The translations under genes and the position numbers were made by a program. From Amoebophrya sp. A120 (taxonomy: Eukaryota; Protista; Dinoflagellata): 64,000 nucleotides of DNA. The notes beneath the pieces were generated by a model that was not told the origin of the DNA, made no database searches, and saw only the letters and a list, made by a program, of their open reading frames with translations. Each line of letters opens with the position of its first letter. Within the stretch, counting starts at the first letter, position 1. Below, in pieces: positions 34,882 to 47,481 of this stretch. The stretch lies in contig CAJINV010000013.1 of the NCBI GenBank assembly GCA_905178155.1, forward strand, positions 3,096,158 through 3,160,157, in the 5' to 3' direction.

Positions 34882-37800
34882 ATGAAGGACCACACGACAA
34901 CTGTTTCGCCCAGGATGCTCAAGGAGGACTTCAGCGCTACGAAGAACGACGGAGACGTCGGACAGGAGCTGTTGCACGACGACCCAATCATGCAACAAGA
35001 TGAACTTCTACAACAAGAGGAGCAAGAAGACGTGTCGGACATTGGAATCCGCGATTTGCTACATTGGGTTACCCCCAAGGAGAAGCGGGCCTACTACTTC
35101 GGGAGCGTGAATGCGGTGTTTTTCGGGTTTCTGCAACCCGCGATGGTGTACTACCTGGGCGAGGTGTTCGACGTGGCCGCGCAGCGGTATGGCGTTCTCA
35201 AACGTTCTGAACTGTTGCATGAATTTGTAATGCAAGAAGAGGAATAGCTATAGCACAGGACAGGTGAGAGCGAGAACCTTGCGCGTCTTGCATTACAGAT
35301 TTGGTGCGGATTCTAGTGCTATTTAGCCCTCCGACAATTTGCCATGCGAAGCAGCTTGATCGTGTGGTGGCTCATGGTCATTTTGCATGACAAACCATGT
35401 AACAGCTGAGAATGTAACATTTGAGAACGCCATAAGCGGGACCCGAACGACACTAAGGCGTTTGCGGATAAGATTCAGGAGATTTTATGGATTTGGGGGG
35501 TGATCTCGGTGCTGAACTGGGTCACCGCGCAGTTCTACATGTGGAGCTTCGAGTATGCAAGAAACAAACCGTGTAAGTGTAAATTTGTGTTGCAGAGGAA
35601 GCAAGACACCTAGACTTGTCATGCTGAAGATGCGTCAGAGTTTCTTCTCGTTAAGTGTTTTCACGCACTAGCTACGCATGAGAGGTTTTCTCTGTCACGC
35701 AGAGGAAATTTGTGATGCTGCTCCTCCAAGAAAGTTACACTTACACACTTTTTTTCCTGGATATCGAGTGGGCGGTGGCCAACCAGCTGTACACGATTCG
35801 GAAGGAGTACTTCGAGAAGGTTCTCTACCACGATTGCGAGTGGTTCGACGCGAAGGACCCGCTGACCGTCCCCTCCCGGCTGATGGTCGACATCCGGAAG
35901 ATCAAGGAGGCGCTGGGCTCGAAGATGGCCATGGCGATCATGAACGTCGCCCAGTTTTTCGCGGGCGTGTTCTTCGGGTTCATCGTGAACGCGGAGTTAA
36001 CCGCCGTGTGCTGCATTCTGTTACCTCTAATGGTGTACGCGACCTATTTATTCGCCACAGCCTTAACCGGCTACTCGCAGTGGATGGCCAAGTACTACAT
36101 CAAGTCCGGCGCCGTGGCGGACGAGATCTTCGCGAACGTGAAGACCGTCGTGGCGAACAATGCGGAAGCGCGAGAATTACAGCGGTACGAGGACCTGTTA
36201 AAGCCCGCGCGGGTCGGGAAGGCGCGGGTGGCGGTGCGGGTCGGCTTCCAGCTTGGCTGCATGGACGCGTGCTGCTTTCTCGTGTACGCTTTGTGCTTCT
36301 GGTACGGCTCGCGGGTGATCGCGGACGACGGGAAAAATGAGTTTGACAACTCCACGTTAGATGGCTCCGACGTGATGAAGGTGGTGTTCAACCTGGTCAT
36401 CGGCGCCTTTGGTTTGGGGCAGGTCGCGCCGGCGATCCAGGCCTACGCCGAGGCGAAGCCGGCCTTGAAGAACATGAAAAAGCTAAGGGAGGAATGGGAA
36501 TGGAAGATGAGGCACAAGAGAAACGCGACGCCCAGTTGTATTGGTATTGCGGGGAATGGAAGAAAAGGTGCAACCGCATCAAGCAGTTATACCATGACAA
36601 CGGGCGGTGACATCGTCGCAAAAGCTGTCAGCTTCCAGTACCCCACACGGCTGGACGCCCCGAAGGTTTTGAGCAATGTGAATTTCGAGATCAAAGCCGG
36701 ATCGAAGGTGGCCTTCGTCGGCGAGTCCGGGAGTGGGAAATCCACGATTATCCAGCTTTTGGAACGGTTCTACGACATCGGAGAGGTTGTTGATGCCGTG
36801 GTTGATCCTGCTCTTGCCGCTGGCGGTCAACAAGGTACCAGTCTTGCATCCTCCTCTCTGTCCATCGGGGGCATCGAGTTGAAGGATATGAGCATGAAAG
36901 AATTGCGGAAGCAGATTGGCTATGTGCAGCAAGAGCCGGTGCTGTTCGAATGCAGTTTGCGGGAAAACCTGCTGTCCGGTTTGGAAAACGAGGACGAGTT
37001 TGGAAATACCCAGACCACTACGAACGTGACCGAAGCGGACCTGATTTTCGCGTGCAAGCAGGCCCAAATCTGGGACCTGATTCAAACCTTCCCCGACAAA
37101 CTCGACACTTTGCCCGGCCAGGGCGGCAGCCAGCTGTCCGGTGGCCAGAAGCAGCGCATCGCGATTGCCCGGGCGCTGGTGCGGAAGCCGAAGATTCTGC
37201 TGCTGGACGAAGCGACCTCGGCACTGGACTACGCGAGCGAGAAAGAAGTGCAGCGGGTCATTGACCAAATCGGGACTACAAGAACTTCTTCCACAACAAA
37301 TTCCGCCGAAAGCCATAAGATGACGGTCGTCATTGTCGCGCACAGATTGTCCACGGTGCGGAACTGCGACAAGATTTTTTTCCTGAATCGGGGCGAAATT
37401 CTGGAAACCGGCACGCATGAGGAGTTGCTTGCTTTGAAGGGAGGCTACTTCAAACTGGTCGAAACGCAAGCCATGTACGATGCCTTGCAGGAGAGGAGCG
37501 GCTCGAAGATGCTGATGAACAACACGATAACTATCGGTGGTCAACAAGAAAACGAACTCGACGTAGAAGTTCCTAGGGTCGAAGAAACCACTGCAACTAC
37601 GAATTATGTCAACACCGATGGCGCAGGCGCAACGACCAACCCGCTTAGTACGAGCTCCCACGACCAGGCCGCCCTCGAGAACCGTTCGAACTCGAAGGAT
37701 TCGAAGCGATCGACCTCTTCGAAGGACAAAACGACGTCGAAAGATGAAAAAGATGGCGAGCTTGCGGCGATCGTGCCCTCGGTTTTGAAATCGGCGGAGG

Positions 37801-39779
37801 AAAAGGAGGCGGAACGGATCGAAGAAATCGCGAAGAGTTACCAGCTCCCACTGAAAAGGCTGCTACAGCTGAACACCGCGTCCGAGCTGATGTTCTACCC
37901 GCTGGGGTTCATGTTTTCGCTGATTAACGGGTCAATGCAGCCGACCATGATGTGGATCATGATGGACGCGGTGGAGTACTTGTACTACGAGGACAAGGCG
38001 AAGATGCAGGACGGCGTCAACGAGTTTTGTCTCAAAGCCGTCGGGTTGGCCGTGTGTTTGCAGTTGGGCTTCACCTGCAGCAACGCGTGCTACGGGTACG
38101 TGGGCAGCTGGATGACCTACCGGGCCCGGATTCTGATCTTCAAGACCTATTTACAGCAGGACATGTCCTTTTTCGACATGCCGGAGAACTCCTCCGGCCG
38201 GTTGACCGCTTTGTTGGAGAAACAATCTGCGGATCTCGGCTTTCTGTCGGGCGAGGCGTTCGGGTCCCGCTGCGAGATGCTTTCGTCCATCACCCTCGGC
38301 TTGACCTTCGCCTTTTTCGCGAGCTGGAAGCTCGCGCTGGTGGTGCTCGCGGTGCTGCCGCTGTTGATGGCGAGCATGATGCTGATGATGGTGGCTTTTC
38401 TAGGTTCCATGGAAACCGTCACGACGGACTCCCCCGAGGTGGTGGCGTCCGGGAACGTGATCGCCGAAGCGGTGCTGAACATCAAAACGGTGAAGGCCTT
38501 GACCGCCGAGGGGACCTTTTTGTCGAAGTTTGACAAGATGGTGTTCGCGATCTCCGAGAAGGAGCGGAAGAAGGCCTTTTGGACGGGTTTGGCGTTCGGG
38601 TTCTCCAACGGCATCATGGGGCTGGTGTTTATCCTCAGCTTCTGGTACGGGGCCGAGCTCGTGAAGGACGAGGGATTGAGTCCAACCGACATGTTCAAAG
38701 CGGTGATGTGCATCTTCTTCGCCGGCATGGCCGCCGGGCAGGCCGCCGCCACCGTGCCCAACACGGCGCGCGCGCTCGCCGCGGCCCACGACATCTTCGC
38801 GCTGGTGGACCGGGTGCCCCTCATTGACAACACGGAGGAGGGCAACAGTCGGAAGTACGAGTTGGTTCCGACAAGCAGCGAATCTTCCAAGCCGTTTGAC
38901 GCTGTGCGGTTCGAAAAGAATGTTCAGTTTGCGTACCCGCAAAGGCCGGAGCTGACGATCCTGGATTTAGCGCAGAACAGCACGGAGATGGTGTTCGCGT
39001 ACGGAAAGTCGATCGCCTTGGCGGGGCCGAGCGGGAGCGGGAAGTCGACCGTGATGGCTTTGCTCCAGCGGTTTTACGACCCGGTCGCGGGCGAGGTGAA
39101 TGTGGTGGAAAATAGGGAGAAAAAGTCGATCGATTTGAAGGACTTGAACCTGAAGTCCTGGCGCGAGAAAATCGGCTATGTGGGCCAGGAGCCGGTGCTG
39201 TTTAACATGAGCGCGCGGGAAAACATTTTGTATGGGATTGAGAAAGAGAAGCGAAAAGCGGTGGACCTGGAACTGCTGGCGAAGCAGTGCCATCTAGACT
39301 TCCTTGCGGGGGCTGGTACTAGCGGTACAACGAAAGCAAGTGGGACGATTGTCACGACGAGGGGAATTAGTACGTCATCACCTGCGACTCCCTCGTCCCG
39401 GCTGTCCTGGGACGAGAAGCTGGGGCCGAAGGGGTCGAAGATCTCCGGCGGACAGAAGCAACGTATCGCGATCGCTCGCGCGCTCGCCCGAAACCCGTCG
39501 GTGCTGCTGTTGGACGAAGCAACGTCGGCACTGGACGCGGTGAGCGAGAAAGAGGTGCAGGCAGCCTTGGAGGAGATCCAGAATGGCGCAGCAGGGGGGG
39601 CGAACACGAAGTTTCTGACGGTCACCATTGCGCACCGGTTGAGCACCATTGCGAACTCGGACAATATTCTGGTAATGTGCGACGGCGCGGTGTTGGAACA
39701 GGGTAGCCATGCGGAGCTATCAGCGAAGCAAGACGGCCTGTACTACAAACTCGTGCAGACCAGCTCGGCTGCGATGTAG
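34882..39779 (+). CDS. ABCB1: ABCB1/MDR (P-glycoprotein) full-length ABC transporter; join(34882..35187,35440..35553,35769..39779), boundaries slide within the direct repeats
   Basis: Two TMD-NBD halves: GESGSGKST, LSGGQKQRIAIARAL, LLLDEATSALD, AHRLST; then GPSGSGKST, ISGGQKQRIAIARAL. The N-terminal exons join only after removing two TIR/direct-repeat introns. Confidence 0.93.
35188..35434. mobile_element. Introner-like TIR element forming a non-canonical intron (247 bp plus one 5-bp repeat)
   Basis: Perfect 15-bp TIR TATGGCGTTCTCAAA / TTTGAGAACGCCATA. Direct repeat AGCGG at 35183-35187 and 35435-35439. Removing 252 nt gives VAAQR|DPNDTKAF. Confidence 0.9.
35554..35763. mobile_element. Introner-like TIR element forming a non-canonical intron (210 bp plus one 5-bp repeat)
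   Basis: Imperfect ~32-bp TIR (core GTGTAAGTGTAA / TTACACTTACAC) with TAT...ATA ends. Direct repeat TCGAG at 35549-35553 and 35764-35768. Removing 215 nt gives MWSFE|WAVANQL. Confidence 0.85.
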
Positions 39780-40868
39780 CAGCAGCCGTGTCGTGAGGTC
39801 AATTGAAGTTCTGCAAAGAGTAGAATTTTTGAATGCGAAGCACAACAGAGCAATCTGTTTATAGTTGTAGTTCTTTTTTAGAGGCTGGTGTTAGTAGTTG
39901 TGATTCGGCACTGCTAGTTTGCATTATTGTTCCAACCGGCGTGGTCGTAGTTGCCCTTCCACCCCACATTTTCTTCCTGGGCCGTTATCAAGTACTGTCA
40001 CTTCTATACTCAGCTCCTACCCACCCTCGTTGTCGTTTCATCATATTCTTTACGAAGTACTTGTATGATATCGCCCTGAAATATCTGGTGCGAGCGCGTC
40101 TGAGTCACTACCCGAGTTTCGTCGTGGGATTTCTCAGGTGAAGAATGAATTGAATGAACGAAAATAAAAGAGGACGAGGCTCTGGCTCGTCTTCGTATTG
40201 TTTCAGGAACACGAGCTAAGTTACATCATCCCAACGACAAACAGAGTCAGTTGTACACGAAGACGAATACCAGAAAAGTGCGCCGTTCTTTCCCAGCGAT
40301 TACGCTGAGGTACTTAGGTAAATACTTAAAATTCCCAGTAAGTAGCGCCTGTCTATGAGCAGCAGTTTCTACTTCACCTAGTCCAAGAACAGGGACGAGA
40401 ATAGGAGTATCAGATCGCGCTCTGTTCCTCTAAGTGAGTGCGGTCGCACATCGTTCCGAAAAATATTCATATTGGCAAAGAAGTAGCACCTCATACTCCT
40501 GCAGGTGTCTTCTCAGAGAGTCCAGTCATGATCCGCTGGATCTCCCATGAAGGTGATCGCTCGAGCTCTTTTTTCGTGAAATTTTGCTTCAAAAATTGCG
40601 ATCTTTTGATCCTCCACTTGTAAAATGTGGAAAAACGAATTTTTGAGAAGTCCAACGTGACGCCGGCACCAGAAGGTTAGTCACTATCAGAAATCGCAAA
40701 GAACCTTCTCGCTCAGCAGGACAGTGGGGCGGTTTCTGAAAACGTTTTCAGTTTTCAGTTGTGGATTCATTTATAAAGATGCTTTTCTTGTTTTCGCCAA
40801 AGTAAAATTAAAATTGAGTACTTGAGTTGTATCTTGCATCTGATCCTGATGTAAAAAAAAAATGCACA

Positions 40869-43800
40869 ATGATGTTGTGGGACAATGATAAGTCAAGGTC
40901 TTCACGACCAGTTGAAATTAAAGCACGTAAATTGAACGGACGAAGAGTTGTGTGTCTCCGTTCAACAGTTAAGACGAGATTGCATTACCTTCTATGTGTA
41001 TTTTTAGCTTTAAATGGTGTTATCGTTTCTATCATTGGCGATGTTTCTTTTGCTCAACATGCTCTCGCGACGTCCAGAGTTGTTGAGTCTGGGATATGGG
41101 TAATCGATTTGGTAGCGGAACAGCGCGAGCAGCGAAGGGCAGCAGCAGCAGCACAGCCTTCGCCATGCCGAAAAAGGACTTCTTTTTCCGCTCCCCGCCT
41201 CGACGACGGAGTCGACGAGGTGCTCGCGGCGGTGAGCCAGGCAGCCAACCGGCTTCTAGATGGAGGAGGAGGAGGTGGTGATGCTGATTCAATGGGTGCT
41301 CCTGCTTCATTCTTTCCTGCTGGTGAGCAAATAGCTGAGGTTCGATCTCCTGAGCACAGTTCTGATTTACGACCGCCCCGCCGCACAAGACCTCCACGAG
41401 GGCCTTGGCGTGCCTTCACCTCTGCTTCTCGGCTGAATGCAATCAAACGGACAGAGGTCGTGGTCGATAGAAAAGGAATTTCTAATTCGCTCCCTTCTGG
41501 GGCTGCTCCACCTCGAGCAAATTCTGCTGGCGAGACAGCTACAACAGGCCAAGCGGTCCAGCCCGGAGAGGACGACGAGAGGCCTTTGAGCGCCATGCAT
41601 GTGGATGCGCTTTCTCCGGCTGTGATGCTGGTACAGTACCACGGACTGCTAGTGGACAACTTCCTGCAGCTTGGCGCCTACCACCAGGACCCGGTGCAGG
41701 TCACGCAGTATCCGTTACGCAAAGATGGGGAGACGGTGGTCGAGTTTTCCCAAGAATTTCTCCTTGCTTCAGCCGCAAGAGGAAGAATCATTTCCAGTCG
41801 AAGATCGGAGGAGGACGACCTGGAGCAGGCACACAGGGGCGGAGAAGGAGGACACAAGAAATGCATGGAACAAGAATCGAACCTAAATCGAATTTCCGAC
41901 GCCGCTTTCCCCGTCGCGTACTTACTAGAGAAGCTCGTCAGGAAGAAACATGCCGCGAAAGATGATGTAAAAATGCACAGGAGCGACGACGAGGACGAGC
42001 TTTTCAGCTTGCTGAATGAAGAGCTTTTTACCGGGCTGAACGGTCTTGGAAGGAATCAGGATCATAGCAAGCTTTTGACGAAGCAACTCAACGTCTGGGG
42101 TAGTGGGGCGTCAACTGCTGCTCCAAAGAGCGATGACGCTAGTTGTACTGAAGATTATGCGGAAAGAACTGGTCATCTTTCTAGACACCAGCGCACCGCT
42201 GCAACACCAGTAGTACCACCTCGTCATTCCAGCCGCAGCCTCATCGTTGTTAGCGAGATAGCCACTGAGTTGATCCGCCAAAAAAGTATGGAAACGGCAC
42301 GAACACAGCACACGACGGACGTCCGCGCACTGCAAGAGGCGCGCCGGTGGTCCGCGAAGACTTTGGCTGCGGGGTTCGGATCGATGTTTGTAGAAAATTA
42401 TCATCGTAAAGTCGCTTCAGTGACGGAAAAAGTCAGGCTCGACGGCAGCTCGTTTGACAAAGATGTTGAAAAGATGGAAAGTACTGTCGTGGAGGCACGA
42501 GGAGCCGACCAGACAGGAGTAGAGGCACCAGGTGATGGTATACGACGCTCAACATCTGCTGGCGCTGCTCCGATAAGGAGCAAAGCTCTCATGTCCTTTC
42601 TGAGTCGGGCGTATGCAAAGAAGTTTTTCTATGAGCTTCTGAAAAATCGCGGGCCCAGTAGCCGACAGAACTATGCGGAAGAGAGCCTACGGGACGCAGA
42701 GGAGCAGCAGCAGGGAACAAATGTGCCCGAAAATCCTGATCTTGAGCATCACGGGTTTGCTTTCGGCCCGACGCTGAAAGTTCATGATATTTCTTCAGCA
42801 ATACAGGGACGAGCGGAAAGCGAAGAGCTGTCAAACCCGTACCTAGGTTTTGTGGACTGGTTGATCCGACAAGCAGAAGATGGCCAGCAAATTGACCGGG
42901 CCGAGGAGCACCAAAGTGCGGAAGTTGACGAGGCTGTTGTTTCGACTACAACTTCTGGGCCTTTCGCTTTCGGCATAGATTCAACATTCGCAGAAAAAAA
43001 TAAGCCTGCTTCTCTCGTCGGCCGCGAGACGAAAAGTTTATTCTTGCGTCTACGCCCAAGGTGGCACGCGGTGGACGAGGAGCGGCAGCTTTTTGTGCTA
43101 AAAGTTCCCGTGAGAAACAGGGCTGATGTTGGAAGATTAGTGAAAGCATACCTACCCGAAAACCCCGCGTTCTTCATCTTCGACAAAGCATTCATGTTCG
43201 CAAATGCGGCTATTCGGACCGAACAGCACGAAAGGACAGCTAAGCTGCTGGAACAGTTTGCAACCGAGCTGCTCTTGGCTACGCCGCAAAAGGACCATAC
43301 GACAGGTGGACTCGCTGCAACAGTCACAGACGTTGGGGAGGGGGAAGACGCGACAAGAAGCTCGGAGATGAAGCACGTCGCATACAAGTTCATTGGGAAG
43401 GACAACGGGAAAGTGTTAGCCTTTTCACCGGTGTTATTCCACAAGGCGGGAAAGGTCACGCACTATGAAGAGCAGCAGGAGAAGCCCGCGAAAGCTGGTG
43501 CAGGAGAGTCTGTTTCCCGAGCAGAAAGTCCTTTGAAGTCGCGTCCTCGCCCGGCTGCAACCGAAACGGAAACATCAACATCTTCTTTTGGCGAAACGTC
43601 TACCGGTAATTTTCCTAGCCCTTTTGACTTTGGAATAAAACCAAACCCCCCAGGACAGCGCAGCTCTGTAGTATTGCCTGTGGACGAGAAGCAAGTTTCA
43701 CCCCCTTGTTCAGAAGTCGTTTCCTCGAAAACGGCAGTGAGTTTCGAGCGGAGACTGGTTTTACTGAATATGCAGAGACTTGAGGAACTGGAGCGGGAGG

Positions 43801-44039
43801 AAGCCGTACCAGATTTGTATGAGGGGCAAGAGAAACCGGAGCCACCATGCACGGCCGCACCCGCGGTCGCGGATTTTGCATCGGTCACGGAACTCGTACC
43901 TGCAAAGCGGAGTAGAAGTAGCAGCCGCAGATCAGCGCCAGTGGCTAAAAGGAAGCGGTCTTCATTTTCTCCGGCGAAAATAAGGAAGCGGTCCGCGAAA
44001 CCGAAGCGTTCTACAAATCGGGCGGGGCTACGGCGCTGA
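40869..44039 (+). CDS. Hypothetical protein, ~1056 aa, one N-terminal hydrophobic segment
   Basis: Uninterrupted 3.2 kb ORF. No family recognised. Confidence 0.65.
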   Translation: MMLWDNDKSRSSRPVEIKARKLNGRRVVCLRSTVKTRLHYLLCVFLALNGVIVSIIGDVSFAQHALATSRVVESGIWVIDLVAEQREQRRAAAAAQPSPCRKRTSFSAPRLDDGVDEVLAAVSQAANRLLDGGGGGGDADSMGAPASFFPAGEQIAEVRSPEHSSDLRPPRRTRPPRGPWRAFTSASRLNAIKRTEVVVDRKGISNSLPSGAAPPRANSAGETATTGQAVQPGEDDERPLSAMHVDALSPAVMLVQYHGLLVDNFLQLGAYHQDPVQVTQYPLRKDGETVVEFSQEFLLASAARGRIISSRRSEEDDLEQAHRGGEGGHKKCMEQESNLNRISDAAFPVAYLLEKLVRKKHAAKDDVKMHRSDDEDELFSLLNEELFTGLNGLGRNQDHSKLLTKQLNVWGSGASTAAPKSDDASCTEDYAERTGHLSRHQRTAATPVVPPRHSSRSLIVVSEIATELIRQKSMETARTQHTTDVRALQEARRWSAKTLAAGFGSMFVENYHRKVASVTEKVRLDGSSFDKDVEKMESTVVEARGADQTGVEAPGDGIRRSTSAGAAPIRSKALMSFLSRAYAKKFFYELLKNRGPSSRQNYAEESLRDAEEQQQGTNVPENPDLEHHGFAFGPTLKVHDISSAIQGRAESEELSNPYLGFVDWLIRQAEDGQQIDRAEEHQSAEVDEAVVSTTTSGPFAFGIDSTFAEKNKPASLVGRETKSLFLRLRPRWHAVDEERQLFVLKVPVRNRADVGRLVKAYLPENPAFFIFDKAFMFANAAIRTEQHERTAKLLEQFATELLLATPQKDHTTGGLAATVTDVGEGEDATRSSEMKHVAYKFIGKDNGKVLAFSPVLFHKAGKVTHYEEQQEKPAKAGAGESVSRAESPLKSRPRPAATETETSTSSFGETSTGNFPSPFDFGIKPNPPGQRSSVVLPVDEKQVSPPCSEVVSSKTAVSFERRLVLLNMQRLEELEREEAVPDLYEGQEKPEPPCTAAPAVADFASVTELVPAKRSRSSSRRSAPVAKRKRSSFSPAKIRKRSAKPKRSTNRAGLRR

Positions 44040-44963
44040 AAGCTTGTTGCATTATCGATGTGCGATGAATATACAACAAGTTGTGGAGCTGATACTGATT
44101 GGAAAAATACTTGCGGCAAGGATTTACGAATTTTGCGAGGGGTATTGATCATATCAAGTTTGTAGCATTATTCAAGCGCATGCGCACTCCGATATAATCG
44201 CAAAAAAAAGCAGCTTCCACACACGTAGTCAGGTGACCTTATGATGATTCACAGTCAGGTGACCTTATGTATGATTCAGACAATGCCGCACACAAATGTT
44301 TTTTTTCTCGTGTTTTTCCCCTGGAAAGCGCGCATGGCAGACTTCCTGAATCGTGTGTTCGTTGAAATGGACAAATCCGCCCTGGGTGTGGGTATTTAGT
44401 ACTTATGAGGCTGATGTACTTCTTACGTTTGTTCCCGACGCAGAAGTATTGTGAGAGAGGTGGGAGTTGCAGTTGCACAGTCTCTGATATGTTGATAGAT
44501 ACGTCTGTATACTTCTCTTCTTGGGTGGTTCGCCTTCTTCCTGCAGGTCGCATAAAGTTGATTTACGCGTATTAATTTTTCAACAAAGTAAGAACATTTC
44601 GTCCTTGAGAAAGTGAAAAGTACAGGAACGGTTATGGCAACAGTCTACAAGTCGCAAACTTTCATCATCTTCTTGCGCACCAAGATAAATGGGCCGAAAA
44701 ACGCCGGCTGATTTGTTTTTATTTGCTTGTCTGACTTCCCATCTCTTTGTATTTTCGTTCATCTACTTCTACACCAAAAAGAAAAATTTCTTTACAGTAA
44801 GCACCCAGTTACTCTAGACGAAGATTATGTACGACGATTTCGATCGTGTCGCCGGTTTTGCGTTGCCCTCTCATTCTGGTGAACACAATCTGCCGGACCA
44901 CTATCGTCAGCAACGGGAAATGGCAGCGTCTAGTTATAATTTATGGATGGCAAAGCAAAGAAA

Positions 44964-45200
44964 TATGTAGTCCGGGTCTGGAATTTGCATTGCGTTTGTT
45001 GCATGCCTGCGCAATCTGTGTTGCATGACCTGCAACAGCGCAGCCTTGTCTGTCATCCAAAAACGCATTTTTGCATGCGGATGCGTGCGACGTTTCAGAG
45101 GGCGTTGCAAAACCTTGCCATGCTCGACGGCTGCAAGTAAGTAGACGCGTTTCGATCACCTGTAAGTCTGCATCTTCGCAGGTTCCCAGACCCAGACATA
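44964..45200. mobile_element. Probable introner/MITE-like element near the 5' end of the next gene
   Basis: Inverted ends TATGTAGTCCGGGTCTGGAA ... TTCCCAGACCCAGACATA. Shares TGTCTGGGTCTGG with the 5026-5381 element and TCTGGAATTTG with the 57108 MITE. Nearby direct repeat ATATG at 44963-44967 and 45211-45215. Confidence 0.55.
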
Positions 45201-45265
45201 TTTGCAAGTGATATGGTTCTGCTTACACGAGCCACGAGCAGCACGACGAGGCAGATCTGGTCAAC

Positions 45266-47179
45266 ATGGGCGAAGAGCATCGACACTCATCTTCGCGGGG
45301 AGTTGTACTAGAGCACCAACGCCGCGGGGTGTCAGGGTCCTATCGGCATCACGACCGCGGCGGCCCGGCACCAGCTGGCCAACAGCACGTGCGGTCTTAC
45401 CGGAGTACTAGCAGCAGTTCTTCCTCTTCTACGAGTAGTTCGCATGTTGACCACGCTCATTCGCAGTATGCTTATCGTGGCGCACCACAACGGGGGCAGC
45501 ATCATGAGTTGTACAGCAAACGGGCCGCGGCAGCAGTGGAGCCACATCAAGCCTCCCAACCGCCGCGACAGCCGGCACTGTCCGCCCGCCAGTGCAAGAA
45601 CTTGTTGCAGCGACTGCAGATGCTTTCGAAGCTGGCCAAGATGCACATGGTCGGGTTGCCGGACGATAATTATTTGCAAGACAGCAAGGACCCGTACGCC
45701 AAAATTCGTGCGCAGGCGGCAAGGATTGAGCTGGCAAAACACCGGCTGGCGAACCTAAAAGATGCGGCGACACAGACAGAGGGCGATTATGGTACTGGAA
45801 GTACTTCTGGTGCCCAGGTGAAAACAATAACTTCGTTGGCGAACGAGTCTACTGGCGCTGCTACGAATGTAAACAGTAAGCAAGAGGCTGGTATTGAAAA
45901 GTGTGAGATCAAGAACTACATGGCTCTAGTGCCGACATCCCCCTCATCTCCAGGAAGTACACCTTTGTCATCTTCTGCTTCCGATGCAGCCGCAGCCCCG
46001 AGGAGCAAACAAGACAAAAAAGCCTCCCCCAGTCGTCCGAGCGCTTGTGGCGAAAAAGTGCCAGCAGAGGAAGTAGCACCTAAAACAACGACGACGGCGA
46101 CCCTTGGGCAGGACGTCGTACAGATGCCGACAAGTGATGTTTCTGGCGTGGCGGGCGATGAACCTCGTCCTGGAGGTCGTGAACGAGAGAAGTCGTCTGA
46201 TGAAGGAGATCACAGGGGTGAGGATTCCTGCGACCAACCGAGGAAAAGGAAAGTGGTGCTCTGCAGCCCCCCGTCGAGTAAGAATGCCTCCTCCAGCTGC
46301 ACTTCAGACGCGGAAGTCACGCACGATTTGGTGGAACATCTGCATGTTTCATCTTCGCGCATGGATGTCCGGGAAAAAATGAGTGACAAGCACATGCAGG
46401 ATGTGATTATCGCCTCTTCCACCTTTATTGGTTCATCAACCGCCAACAATAATTACACCGCAGCCGGACCACCAGGAGCTGACCAGGGTTCTCCCCTGCC
46501 CTTTTTCCGCGACGAGGGGACAACTGTTGTGACGACTGATGTGGACGACGAAGATGGTGAGCAAACATTCGACGTTCCGGGCGTTGTACATGAAGATGAA
46601 TCCGTCGGAGGTGCAATTGTAGAGATGGAGATGAACATTATAAATCATGCTAGTGCTCGTAGTACTGTGACCCTAGTAGGTGGAACCGTTGTTGCAGATG
46701 AAAACGACGACGCTGTTGACTCGGCAGCCGCTCGCGAGCGAGAAGGCGAGATGCAAAAAGTGAAAGCCACCTTGTCCTCCCCTGATAAAGCGCAAGAAGC
46801 GGAAGAGGAGATGAACATGAATCCGGAGCTGAGCGAGTTCTGGCGACAGTGTGAATCGACGTTGCAAAAGCTTGACGTGCCTACTATTGCGAAGAATCCG
46901 GAGCTGCGCCAGTTGCTGTGTCGGCACTTGTTCGAGAAGCACGGTAGGGAGATGAGCTTGAGTTACTCCTCGTCGTCCTCGGCAGAAATAAACGCGGGAG
47001 CGGCCAGCAGCAAACCTGCCTCAAAAAGCTCAACACCGGTAGGTGCACTGTCCTCTTCTGGAAGTAGTGGCGGCGTATCTGCAGGTTTTGTCTCGGGCGC
47101 CGGCCGTTTTATGCTGGACAATTTTGCCGCCGCGCCCGCCACCGAATTTGACAGATTTTTCGAAGAATCAAGTACTTGA
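45266..47179 (+). CDS. Hypothetical low-complexity protein (frame open from 45212; probable upstream exon at ~44943-44967)
   Basis: 637-aa ORF, mostly disordered. No family recognised. Confidence 0.6.
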   Translation: MGEEHRHSSSRGVVLEHQRRGVSGSYRHHDRGGPAPAGQQHVRSYRSTSSSSSSSTSSSHVDHAHSQYAYRGAPQRGQHHELYSKRAAAAVEPHQASQPPRQPALSARQCKNLLQRLQMLSKLAKMHMVGLPDDNYLQDSKDPYAKIRAQAARIELAKHRLANLKDAATQTEGDYGTGSTSGAQVKTITSLANESTGAATNVNSKQEAGIEKCEIKNYMALVPTSPSSPGSTPLSSSASDAAAAPRSKQDKKASPSRPSACGEKVPAEEVAPKTTTTATLGQDVVQMPTSDVSGVAGDEPRPGGREREKSSDEGDHRGEDSCDQPRKRKVVLCSPPSSKNASSSCTSDAEVTHDLVEHLHVSSSRMDVREKMSDKHMQDVIIASSTFIGSSTANNNYTAAGPPGADQGSPLPFFRDEGTTVVTTDVDDEDGEQTFDVPGVVHEDESVGGAIVEMEMNIINHASARSTVTLVGGTVVADENDDAVDSAAAREREGEMQKVKATLSSPDKAQEAEEEMNMNPELSEFWRQCESTLQKLDVPTIAKNPELRQLLCRHLFEKHGREMSLSYSSSSSAEINAGAASSKPASKSSTPVGALSSSGSSGGVSAGFVSGAGRFMLDNFAAAPATEFDRFFEESST

Positions 47180-47481
47180 ATTGTCGTACTAGACACGCTT
47201 GGTTTATGCGCTTTTTGCAGCACAAATCTTTTCGGCTGCCTTGTATCTATTCGCACGATGATGCTTTTTTTTGCCGCACCTAAAACCAAGGATTTTGCAA
47301 GTGCTGCATTAGAGGGGCCCACACGATGGACGTTGTCGATTTCAAACTCTGGTAGCGCGGGGGATGATTGTAGTGCATACGCTTGTCTTCGAAAGAGTGC
47401 GAGTTGAGCTCCTCCAGCACGTTGATACTGTCGGCGCCGCCCGCATATCCAAGGAAAAAACCGTTTCTCTGTCGTGAACTT

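Noticed and set aside
36776-36868. Possible cryptic in-frame intron in ABCB1 NBD1 (CATCGG direct repeat 87 nt apart, weak inverted repeat)
   Set aside because: Removing it would delete the conserved strand between RFYD and GIEL, leaving that segment shorter than in ABCB proteins. It is more likely a coding insertion.
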